Shown here: positions 8,802 through 16,907 of the stretch, one piece after another | How positions within the stretch are numbered: the stretch's first letter is position 1 | How the letters are laid out: the number at the start of each line of letters is the position of its first letter | NCBI GenBank assembly: GCA_016206815.1 | Contig: JACQQT010000062.1 | Span: forward strand, 1 to 34,195 | Origin: Candidatus Omnitrophota bacterium | GTDB lineage: Bacteria; Omnitrophota; Omnitrophia; Omnitrophales; Danuiimicrobiaceae | Reading direction: 5' to 3' | Length of the DNA stretch: 34,195 bases | Program-made: the position numbers and the translations under genes | The notes under the pieces: generated by a model | What the model was told of the DNA's origin: nothing | Database searches by the model: none | Seen by the model: the letters and a program-made list of their open reading frames with translations, nothing else

Positions 8802-9719
8802 TTAAATCACTCTTCTTTGATTGATAAATGAAAGTGTTTTTTCGTAGGTTGCTTTTACGTTGTCGGCGCTTGTTTGGGTACCTGAGAATCGTTCGTATTC
8901 AAGCGCTTGAAGTAGTTCGCGGAGCCTTGCAGCTTCTTTTTGAGACCACCGCTCCCCTGCTTTTTTCTCCAGCGTATTATAACCGCCTTGCGAGGGATTC
9001 CAATCTAATTTTTGTTTCACATACGTCAGTAAAAGACGTGTCAGTCCCTCTAAGAAATCTTTTGGATTTGGTTTCAATTCATGGGTATGATAAAGACGGT
9101 TTGCGTCCTCTATGAACTGGTCTTCCAGTGAAAGGACGGTAGGATTTGGAACTTGCGCTCGTTTTCTATTTTTTCGGTTGAGGATTAAAGTGATAGATCC
9201 AAACAACAGTCCTAAAAGTCCGGTTCCAAGCCCTAAGATCACGGGCCAAGGTTTTGAAGCGGGAGCTATGGTGATGCGGACTGCGGGAACTTCGATTTGG
9301 CTTGAAACAGCGCCGTCACCTTGGTTCCAGCGCAAAGAAAACCGCGAGATTTCGGCCTTTCCCGTTTTTTGAGCTAGAAATTGAAAGGTGAGGATTTGTT
9401 CAATCCCCTTCCCTAAGACATTCTCAGCAGTTGAGTTTGTTTCCTGGCGTACGCCTTCAAGTTGGAGATTCTCGGTTTGGATTTCAGGTGAGTCCATGCG
9501 AACGTTTTCAGGCAATTCAGGCCAAAGAATGTGAATGCGGTAAGAAAGCATTTCGCCAACGCGGTAGGTTCCGGTTGGTTGTTCAACACGGTCTAAGCGC
9601 GGGGTAGGAACTGGAACGGCTTGGACATCCGTGTCATTTGGAGGCTCCGCGTTCAGTTTGATCGGGAGCAGAACGAACAGAAACGAGAAAACCAAAACCA
9701 AGCGACGGATGAGATGCAT
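8802..9719 (-). CDS. Single-pass membrane protein, paralog of 5949-6905 (signal peptide, BatD-N-like ectodomain, TM, helical cytoplasmic domain)
   Basis: Signal peptide ...LPIKLNA; ectodomain with the same V-x-VGE/D...hydrophobic-strand pattern as 5949-6905; TM PWPVILGLGTGLLGLLFGSITLIL. A basic stop-transfer NRKNRKR follows, then a helical tail ending LQALEYERFSG. Assignment is by architecture only. Confidence 0.5.
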   Translation of the reverse strand: MHLIRRLVLVFSFLFVLLPIKLNAEPPNDTDVQAVPVPTPRLDRVEQPTGTYRVGEMLSYRIHILWPELPENVRMDSPEIQTENLQLEGVRQETNSTAENVLGKGIEQILTFQFLAQKTGKAEISRFSLRWNQGDGAVSSQIEVPAVRITIAPASKPWPVILGLGTGLLGLLFGSITLILNRKNRKRAQVPNPTVLSLEDQFIEDANRLYHTHELKPNPKDFLEGLTRLLLTYVKQKLDWNPSQGGYNTLEKKAGERWSQKEAARLRELLQALEYERFSGTQTSADNVKATYEKTLSFINQRRVI

Positions 9720-9737
9720 AGACAGCGCAAGGCAATT

Positions 9738-11684
9738 TTACTTTTTCTTTTTGTCGTCTTCATCACCGTCCACGACTTCGTAGTCGGCGTCGACTACCGT
9801 GGACTTGTCTTTAACTCCCGCATCTTTCCCGCCGGTTTTGGAACGAGAGGAAGGATCGCCTGCCGAGGCTTTCGTTTTTTGTTTGGAGGCAGCTTCATAC
9901 ATTTTTTGTGCAAGTGTATGCGAAGCATTCGTTAATTGATCGGTTGCCTGCTTGAAGGTTTCCAGCCGGTCTGATTTCAGAGCCTCTTTCGCATTTTTCA
10001 AAGCGTCTTCAATCCGGTCCTTCTCGCCTTTTTCAATCTTATCGCCGTGCTCTTTGATGCTTTTTTCAACCGAGTAAACCAGATTATCTAAATGGTTGCG
10101 GGCTTGAATCAGTTCCTGTTTTTGTTTATCCTCTTCTGCATGTGCTTCTGCCTCCCGAATCAGTTTTTCGACCTCTTCTTTTGCGAGGCCTGAGGAAGAC
10201 TCAATCCTGATTTTTTGCTCCTTTCCGGTTCCGAGGTCTTTTGCGGAGACATGCACAATACCGTTTGCATCAATGTCAAATGTCACCTCAATCTGCGGCA
10301 CTCCACGAGGAGCTGGTGGAATACCCTCCAGATTAAAGAGGCCGAGAACGCGGTTGTCTTGTGCCATTTGGCGTTCACCCTGCAGCACTTTTACCGTAAC
10401 GGCTGTTTGATTGTCGGCCGCCGTGGAAAATATTTCGGATTTACGGGTTGGGATGGTGGTATTGCGTTCGATTAATTTTGTCATCACACCTCCTAGCGTT
10501 TCGATACCCAGGGACAGCGGCGTCACATCCAAAAGCAGGACGTCACGAACTTCTCCCGCCAAAACGCCGCCTTGAATACCGGCACCGATCGCAACCACTT
10601 CATCCGGATTCACCCCTTTGTGAGGTTCTTTTCCGAACAGTTTACGGACCACCTCTTGGACGGCCGGCATCCGGGTTTGCCCTCCGACCAGAATCACCTC
10701 GTCAATTTTATCGGCAGTCACACCGGCATCTTGCAGACATTGCTTACACGGTCCGATGGTCCTTTCAATCAAGTCATGCACCAATTGTTCGAGTTTGGCG
10801 CGCGTTAACGTGACGGCCATATGTTTTGGGCCTGAAGCATCGGCCGTAATGAACGGCAGATTGATTTCAGTCGTTTCTGAGGTAGATAGTTCACATTTTG
10901 CTTTTTCAGCAGCTTCGCGGAGTCGTTGAAGTGCCATCCGATCTTTGGCAAGATCGATGCCGTCGGATTTTTTAAATTCGCTGACCAGCCACTCGATCAC
11001 CCGATGGTCAAAGTCGTCCCCACCCAGATGGGTATCGCCGTTCGTTGCTTTTACTTCAAACACACCCTCTCCGATTTCAAGAATCGAAATATCAAACGTA
11101 CCGCCTCCCAGGTCATATACCGCAATCCGCTCATCTTTTTTCTTGTCCAATCCATAGGCAAGCGCTGCCGCGGTCGGTTCGTTAATAATTCTCAAAACTT
11201 CAAGGCCTGCGATTTGCCCGGCGTCCTTGGTCGCTTGTCGTTGAGAGTCGTTAAAGTAAGCGGGTACCGTAACGACTGCCTGTTGAATGGGTTCACCGAG
11301 AAAGGCTTCCGCATCAGCTTTTAGTTTTTGAAGGACCATTGCTGAAATTTCAGGCGGGGTATAGTCACGGTTATCAATTGAAATCGCCGCCTCACCATGT
11401 TTTCCTTCTTTCACTTTAAACGGAACCAGTCTGATTTCGGTTTGGACTTCACTTGAGCGCCGTCCGATAAAACGTTTGGCGCTAAAAATCGTTCGTTCCG
11501 GATTGGTGACAGCTTGCCGTTTACCGGCTTGTCCGACGAGACGTTCGCCCGTTTTTGAAAAACCGACCACAGACGGGGTCGTCCGGTTACCTTCTTTGTT
11601 TGGGATCACTTTAGGCTCTCCGCCTTCCGTGATAGCCATGCATGAATTGGTGGTTCCCAAATCAATTCCTAAAACTTTTCCCAT
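9738..11684 (-). CDS. dnaK: Molecular chaperone DnaK (Hsp70)
   Basis: [27 protein letters not shown], full substrate-binding domain and an acidic/K-rich tail ([13 protein letters not shown]). GGAGGA RBS 7 nt upstream of the ATG. Confidence 0.97.
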   Translation of the reverse strand: MGKVLGIDLGTTNSCMAITEGGEPKVIPNKEGNRTTPSVVGFSKTGERLVGQAGKRQAVTNPERTIFSAKRFIGRRSSEVQTEIRLVPFKVKEGKHGEAAISIDNRDYTPPEISAMVLQKLKADAEAFLGEPIQQAVVTVPAYFNDSQRQATKDAGQIAGLEVLRIINEPTAAALAYGLDKKKDERIAVYDLGGGTFDISILEIGEGVFEVKATNGDTHLGGDDFDHRVIEWLVSEFKKSDGIDLAKDRMALQRLREAAEKAKCELSTSETTEINLPFITADASGPKHMAVTLTRAKLEQLVHDLIERTIGPCKQCLQDAGVTADKIDEVILVGGQTRMPAVQEVVRKLFGKEPHKGVNPDEVVAIGAGIQGGVLAGEVRDVLLLDVTPLSLGIETLGGVMTKLIERNTTIPTRKSEIFSTAADNQTAVTVKVLQGERQMAQDNRVLGLFNLEGIPPAPRGVPQIEVTFDIDANGIVHVSAKDLGTGKEQKIRIESSSGLAKEEVEKLIREAEAHAEEDKQKQELIQARNHLDNLVYSVEKSIKEHGDKIEKGEKDRIEDALKNAKEALKSDRLETFKQATDQLTNASHTLAQKMYEAASKQKTKASAGDPSSRSKTGGKDAGVKDKSTVVDADYEVVDGDEDDKKKK

Positions 11685-11746
11685 GTGAATTCCTCCGTCA
11701 AATTTTTGTGATGAAATCAGTTTTTGCTAATCTTCTATCTTTAAGA

Positions 11747-11764
11747 CTTCAAAATGCGTGCCAA
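11747..11764 (-). promoter_or_regulatory. Candidate sigma-54 (-24/-12) promoter upstream of dnaK
   Basis: The minus strand reads TTGGCACGCATTTTGAAG. TGGCACG matches the -24 element 7/7. TTG sits at exactly the consensus spacing (TGGCAC-N5-TTGC), with one mismatch: the -12 C is A. It lies about 60-80 nt upstream of the dnaK ATG, in the correct orientation. Confidence 0.45.
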
Positions 11765-11881
11765 AAGTATAAAATAAGACAAACTTTAACTTATTTATTT
11801 TCAATGAGTTACACGATTCTATTCATCGGCTACCGGATGGTATGCCGCGTTGTGTTGAAAGGATACAAGAATGTGTCAGAG

Positions 11882-13252
11882 TTATTCATCAATTTTGTAT
11901 TCCGACATCTTCCGGTAAAGCGTTCTTCTTGAGATTCCAAGCCTTTTTGCTGCCAAACTTTTGTTGTGATTGACCTCGCCCAAGGTTTTTCGGATCATCG
12001 CCTCTTCCATTTCTTCGAATGTGCCCAATTCTTTTGTTCCCATATTCAATTTTGATAGGATTGGTTTTCTGCCGCCTCGGATATCAATCGGCACGTCATC
12101 CGCCGTAATGACATTCGAACGGTTTAAGACCACCATCCGTTCGACAATATTTTTGAGTTCTCGAACGTTGCCCGGCCAATTATATTTGCCGAGGGTATTG
12201 AGGGCTTCCGGCGTTATTTTTTCAATCACTTTTCTATTTTTTTCAGCAAAGGCGTTTAAATAATGATGGATTAAAAGCGGAATGTCAGCCGGCCGGTTCC
12301 TGAGCGGCGGGATTTCAAGCAAAATGACATTGATCCGGTAATAAAGGTCTTCTCGAAATATACCAGCTTCCGTCTGTTCTTTTAGGTTTTTGTTGGTTGC
12401 GCAAACTAATCGAACATCAGAACGTAGCGTTTTTGTGCTTCCCACGCGTTCGAATTCGCCGGATTGCAGCACTCTTAAGAGTTTGGTTTGCATGTTTTCC
12501 GGGATGTCACTTACCTCGTCAAGAAATAACGTTCCCCCGTTTGCCCGTTCAAATCTGCCGGTTTTTCGTTCCGTCGCCCCTGTAAATGCACCGCGTTCAT
12601 GGCCGAAAAGTTCGCTCGCAAGAAGTGTTTCGGTAAGCGTTGCCATGTGGATGGTGACAAACGGATGGTTGGATCGCTTGCTTTCGGAATGGATCAGATG
12701 CGCAAAGAGTTCTTTACCGGTTCCGCTTTCTCCCTGAATCAAGACGGTTGAATCTGATTGTGCGATCTGCTTTGACAATGCGATCAGCTGCTTGATCGCA
12801 GGAGATTCCCCGATGATTTCGCCGGATTCGTACCGTTCCCGGGAGAGTTCCTCGCGGAGACTGATATTTTCATGTTCAAGCGCTTTCTGATGGAGTGCTT
12901 TTTTGAGCGTTAATTCTAGTTCGTCAAAGTTAATCGGTTTTGTCAGATAGTAATAGGCACCCGCTTTAATGGCTTGAACGGCCGTTTCAACCGTTCCGTA
13001 AGCGGTCAGCATGATGACGATCGTCTCCGGTGCGCTTCGCTTGATTTCATGGAGAAAATCCAGTCCGCTCATCTCAGGCATCTTGAGGTCTGTTAACGTA
13101 ATCTCGGGACGCTCTTTTTTGATGAGGGCCATCCCTTCTTTTGCCGATCCGGCAAGCAGCACTTCGTAGCCGAGGTCGTTTAGAAATTGCTTTAATCCTT
13201 CTCGTGTATTTTTTTCGTCATCTACGATGAGGATCGTCGATCCGTAACTCAT
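11882..13252 (-). CDS. Sigma-54-dependent response regulator (NtrC/AtoC family: REC + AAA+ + Fis-type HTH)
   Basis: Receiver domain (ILIVDDE...LTDLKMPEMSG), Walker A GESGTGKE, the sigma-54 contact loop GAFTGA, Walker B LFLDEV, and a C-terminal HTH (AAKRLGISRRTLYRKM). Confidence 0.92.
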   Translation of the reverse strand: MSYGSTILIVDDEKNTREGLKQFLNDLGYEVLLAGSAKEGMALIKKERPEITLTDLKMPEMSGLDFLHEIKRSAPETIVIMLTAYGTVETAVQAIKAGAYYYLTKPINFDELELTLKKALHQKALEHENISLREELSRERYESGEIIGESPAIKQLIALSKQIAQSDSTVLIQGESGTGKELFAHLIHSESKRSNHPFVTIHMATLTETLLASELFGHERGAFTGATERKTGRFERANGGTLFLDEVSDIPENMQTKLLRVLQSGEFERVGSTKTLRSDVRLVCATNKNLKEQTEAGIFREDLYYRINVILLEIPPLRNRPADIPLLIHHYLNAFAEKNRKVIEKITPEALNTLGKYNWPGNVRELKNIVERMVVLNRSNVITADDVPIDIRGGRKPILSKLNMGTKELGTFEEMEEAMIRKTLGEVNHNKSLAAKRLGISRRTLYRKMSEYKIDE

Positions 13253-14421
13253 GGTTTCTTTTCTTTCTCCGGTTCAGGGAGGCGCAATTTTTCAAGCCGT
13301 ATCGGGAGAATAATCGTAAAAGTAGTTCCCCCTTTCGGCCTACTTGCCACTTCGATGCGTCCTCCGTGTTCTCTGATGATTTGATACACAATCATGAGTC
13401 CCAAACCGCTCCCCTCCTCCCGGGTGGTGTAGTATGCATCAAAAATTTTGGGCAAGATATGACCCGGAATTCCAACGCCGCTATCGTGAAAGTGTATCAG
13501 GCATAGTTTCTCTTTTTTCTCTGTATGAATCTTAAGGAGGCCGCCTTTGGGCATGGCATGGGTTGCGTTTTTGATGATATTGAGAACCGCTTGTTGCATC
13601 CGCTCAGGATCAAAAAGAAACGGCGGTATTTTCTTATCAAATTCACTTTGAATTCGAATTTTCAACTTTTTTAATTCAGGTTTTTCAATCGAGACGGTTT
13701 TTGTGAGCAAGTCATGGATTTGTTCCACTTCAAATCGGAGCGGTTTCCGTCTGGCGGCCCTGAGAAAATTACGAATAATTTGATCTAATCTTGCCGTTTC
13801 ATCCGTGATCACTTCCAGAGACCGAATTGCTTTTTTCCGATCGTCGGCAGTCAGCTTCTTGAAAGCCTGCTCCAGAAGTTTTGTGTGGATGGTGATCGAG
13901 TTCAGCGGGTTTCCGATTTCATGCGCAATTCCGGCCGCCAAACCAAGCATTGATTCCCAGTTCTCGAGTTTAAAACGTTCCCGGATATCCATTTCCGTTC
14001 CGGTGAGGTTGGAAATGGTGAGCAAAATGAAAGGCGGCGCTTCATTTTTCTCTATGAGCAAGGTAATGTTAAGAATCATCGGTCGAGGCAGCAGCACTTC
14101 AAATTCTTCTTGAAAAATTTCTCGTCTTTCATGGATGGCTTTCGAAAGCAAAGCAAGGAGAGGTTCATCGGGAATGGCTTGCTCCAGTATTTTTTTCTGG
14201 GCGGTGTTTTCCGGTAAGTTGAACAGCTGGACCATGCGTCTATTCGTGAACAAAATTTCTTTTTCAAAATTTAAAACCATGACCCCTTCTGAGATTCGAT
14301 CAAATAACAACTGAATGAATTTCGTTTTCTGCGCGAGATCCAGTAAATAATGTTCTAAGTTTTTACGATCGATCCGGTCAATCCGGCTTGCGATTCGATC
14401 TAAAAATTCAGTGGCTGACAT
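13249..14421 (-). CDS. Cytoplasmic PAS-domain sensor histidine kinase (NtrB-like)
   Basis: No TM segment. N-terminal PAS-like region (ISEGVMVLNFEKEILFTNRRM), H-box AHEIGNPLNSI, N-box NIIKNATHAM, G1 DSGVGIP, G2 GSGLGL. ATGA overlap with the regulator start. Confidence 0.88.
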   Translation of the reverse strand: MSATEFLDRIASRIDRIDRKNLEHYLLDLAQKTKFIQLLFDRISEGVMVLNFEKEILFTNRRMVQLFNLPENTAQKKILEQAIPDEPLLALLSKAIHERREIFQEEFEVLLPRPMILNITLLIEKNEAPPFILLTISNLTGTEMDIRERFKLENWESMLGLAAGIAHEIGNPLNSITIHTKLLEQAFKKLTADDRKKAIRSLEVITDETARLDQIIRNFLRAARRKPLRFEVEQIHDLLTKTVSIEKPELKKLKIRIQSEFDKKIPPFLFDPERMQQAVLNIIKNATHAMPKGGLLKIHTEKKEKLCLIHFHDSGVGIPGHILPKIFDAYYTTREEGSGLGLMIVYQIIREHGGRIEVASRPKGGTTFTIILPIRLEKLRLPEPEKEKKP

Positions 14422-14423
14422 GG

Positions 14424-15065
14424 TTAGGATGATGCTTTACTCCGTTTTTTTCCTTTTGCAATATTGATGAACTCTTCCAATAAAAAATAATCCTTAATGC
14501 CGGGGCTTTTTTCAACGCCGCTGGCAACGTCTACAGCATAGGGTTTCAATTGCCGGAGTGCCGCCTCGAGATTATGAATAGTCAATCCTCCTGCCAGGAA
14601 CAGTTTTTCATGGACATAGGGTTTGTCTTCAATGAACGACCTGTCAAACGTTGCCCCGCTGCCGCCAAGGTGTTCACGCGAATAGGTATCAAAGAGGAAG
14701 GCGCTCACGTCATATTCATCGATCCGCTTTAGACTCATCGCATCTTTCACCCGGAACGTTTTAATGACTTGATACTTTCGTTCCATAAAGTATTGACAAT
14801 GCCTTGAAGTTTCGTCTCCGTGAAACTGCAGCCATGACAGACCCAGGTCTGAAGCGATTGCCTCCGTTTCCTCTTTGGATTGATTGGCAAAAACACCCAC
14901 AAAATTTTGGAAAGGTTTTACGGCATGCATCATTTCTTTCGCTTGATCGCGGGAAACCTTTCGTTTACTTTCACAGAAAATAAAACCCAGAAAATCTGCC
15001 CCTAGCTCAACCGCTCGAATGGCATCGGCAACGTTTGTATTCCCGCATATCTTTACTTTAACCAT
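14424..15065 (-). CDS. trpF: Phosphoribosylanthranilate isomerase
   Basis: KICGNT, LQFHGDE, GGSGATFD, LAGGL, DVASGVE..PGIKD motifs. Confidence 0.9.
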   Translation of the reverse strand: MVKVKICGNTNVADAIRAVELGADFLGFIFCESKRKVSRDQAKEMMHAVKPFQNFVGVFANQSKEETEAIASDLGLSWLQFHGDETSRHCQYFMERKYQVIKTFRVKDAMSLKRIDEYDVSAFLFDTYSREHLGGSGATFDRSFIEDKPYVHEKLFLAGGLTIHNLEAALRQLKPYAVDVASGVEKSPGIKDYFLLEEFINIAKGKKRSKASS

Positions 15066-15859
15066 GATGACACTCCGCTTGACGGTCCATAAAGTTCCGT
15101 TATTTTTTGTTGAATGTTTTTAGATTTCATTAAGGCAGTGCCAATCAAAAAACAATGAGCGCCTAACGCATGATAGCGGGTTATTTCGGCTTGGGTTTCA
15201 ATCCCGCTTTCGATGACGACGGTTGCCGTTTTTGGAACAAATTTGATCAGATTTTCCGAGATGCTGCGATCGATTTCAAGAGTTTTGAGGTTTCGGTTAT
15301 TGATTCCGATCAGCTGACTGCCTGCGTGGATCGCCCGGTCGAGTTCCGCTTTTGAGTGAACCTCCACCAGCGTCTCTAACTGGAGTTGAGTTGCGATTTG
15401 AAGCAAGGTTTTCAATTCTTGGTCTGAGACCAGCATGGCGATGATCAAGAAAGCGTCTGCTTTAAGGAGCGCCGTTTCATACACTTGGTAAGGATCAAAA
15501 ATAAAGTCCTTCCTGAGGAGCGGGACGGAGGTTAATGGCCTGATTTGCTTGAGCGTTTTGGGATTGCCCTGGAAATAATGTCTTTCCGTGAGAACGGAAA
15601 TGGCGCTTGCACCGGCAGCCTCAAATTCCTGCACGATCACTTGAGGCTCAAATTCTTGCCGCAGAATTCCTTCCGAAGGAGACGCTTTTTTTAATTCACA
15701 AATGAGATGAATTCCCTTCCCTTTGGTGAGGGCGTTTTGTAGCGAACGGCGCCGGAAAACATTTTGTTCGGCCTTTTCCTTTATTTTGGTGAAAGGCATG
15801 AGCCGTTTCAGTTCTTCTATTTCTTTTCGTTTATGTTCTACGATTTCATTTAAGATCAT
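15053..15859 (-). CDS. trpC: Indole-3-glycerol-phosphate synthase
   Basis: ICELKKASPSEG, ISVLTE..YFQG, LLRKDFI, LVEVH, IGINNRNL, ESGI motifs. Overlaps trpD and trpF. Confidence 0.92.
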   Translation of the reverse strand: MILNEIVEHKRKEIEELKRLMPFTKIKEKAEQNVFRRRSLQNALTKGKGIHLICELKKASPSEGILRQEFEPQVIVQEFEAAGASAISVLTERHYFQGNPKTLKQIRPLTSVPLLRKDFIFDPYQVYETALLKADAFLIIAMLVSDQELKTLLQIATQLQLETLVEVHSKAELDRAIHAGSQLIGINNRNLKTLEIDRSISENLIKFVPKTATVVIESGIETQAEITRYHALGAHCFLIGTALMKSKNIQQKITELYGPSSGVSSWLK

Positions 15860-16907
15860 GGCTGATTTTAACGAGGCAGTTTAGGGTTTTCAAAGCTGCG
15901 CCGGAATTTAAAGATTTTTCCGCTAGAGCAATTCCAGCTTTAAGATTTTTAGCGAGACCGCTGGTATACAAAATAGCTGCTGCATTCAACAAAACAATCT
16001 CACGCCTCGGGCCTCTGTCCCTTCCTTGTAGGATGCCGTTCGTGATTTTACGGTTGAGTTTCGGATCGCCCCCTTTGAATTGAGCAGACCGGCCTTTCAG
16101 AAAACCAAACCGATCCGGAAAAATGATACGTTTCACTATCTTCCCATTTTTTAATTCGTAGACCAATGAGTGAGAAATGGTTGAAAATTCGTCCATCTGG
16201 TGCTGCGGGCTGTGGACAATCATCACGTGTTTTAACTTGAGTTTTTTGGCTGCCAGAGCCACTTTTTGAGCGAGATCCCTGTCGAAAACGCCAATGACCT
16301 GCCGGGGCGGCCGCAATGGGTTCAGAAGGGGGCCTATGACGTTAAAGACAGTTCGAATCTGATATCTTGATTTTAACTTTTTCCTGAGAGCCTGAACCGC
16401 TTTAAAAGAACCGTGATAAAGAGGAGCGTGGAAATAGCCGATTCGGCATCTTTCTAACGCGGTTAGCATTCGCCCCGGGGACGCGTCTATTTTTACCCCA
16501 AAGGCCTCCAGCAGATCTGCGCTTCCGCATTGGGATGAGATACTTCGGTTTCCGTGCTTTGCCACATTCGCCCCCGCTCCTGCGGCGATGAGGCTGGCAG
16601 TTGTCGAGATATTGAAAGTGTTGGTTCCGTCGCCGCCCGTTCCGCATCCATCCACGAGGTACGGAAAATGCTTGCGAGTAATCGGCTTTTCCATTTTTCT
16701 TACAGCTTGTGCAGCGCCGGCAATTTCGAAAGCAGTCTCGCCTTTTACGTGAAGGAGGCAAAGGATTAATTTGATAGACTCAAGGTCTAGCTTCTTCCCG
16801 GAGAGAAGTTTCTGAAAAAGAAAGGTCGATTCCCCGAAGGTTAAGCTCTTCCCGAGAAGTAGCTTGTCTTTGAAATTCTGCGGTTTCATTTTAATGAATG
16901 GTGACAA
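15846..16907 (-). CDS. trpD: Anthranilate phosphoribosyltransferase
   Basis: GTGGDGTNTFNISTTASLIAAGAGANVAKHGNRSISSQCGSADLLE is the TrpD signature. Confidence 0.92.
   Translation of the reverse strand: MSPFIKMKPQNFKDKLLLGKSLTFGESTFLFQKLLSGKKLDLESIKLILCLLHVKGETAFEIAGAAQAVRKMEKPITRKHFPYLVDGCGTGGDGTNTFNISTTASLIAAGAGANVAKHGNRSISSQCGSADLLEAFGVKIDASPGRMLTALERCRIGYFHAPLYHGSFKAVQALRKKLKSRYQIRTVFNVIGPLLNPLRPPRQVIGVFDRDLAQKVALAAKKLKLKHVMIVHSPQHQMDEFSTISHSLVYELKNGKIVKRIIFPDRFGFLKGRSAQFKGGDPKLNRKITNGILQGRDRGPRREIVLLNAAAILYTSGLAKNLKAGIALAEKSLNSGAALKTLNCLVKISHDLK

Noticed and set aside
11685-11881. Searched the dnaK upstream region for CIRCE (TTAGCACTC-N9-GAGTGCTAA), HAIR (CTTGAGT-N7-ACTCAAG) and sigma-32 (CTTGAAA...CCCCAT) elements
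   Set aside because: Only fragments occur (TTAGCAAAA, TTGAAA) without the partner half-site or -10 element, so no classical heat-shock control element can be supported.
16402-16761. 119-aa minus-strand ORF inside trpD
   Set aside because: It is an alternative frame of trpD with an Arg/Cys-rich nonsense product. trpD's own frame carries the GTGGDG...KHGNR signature.
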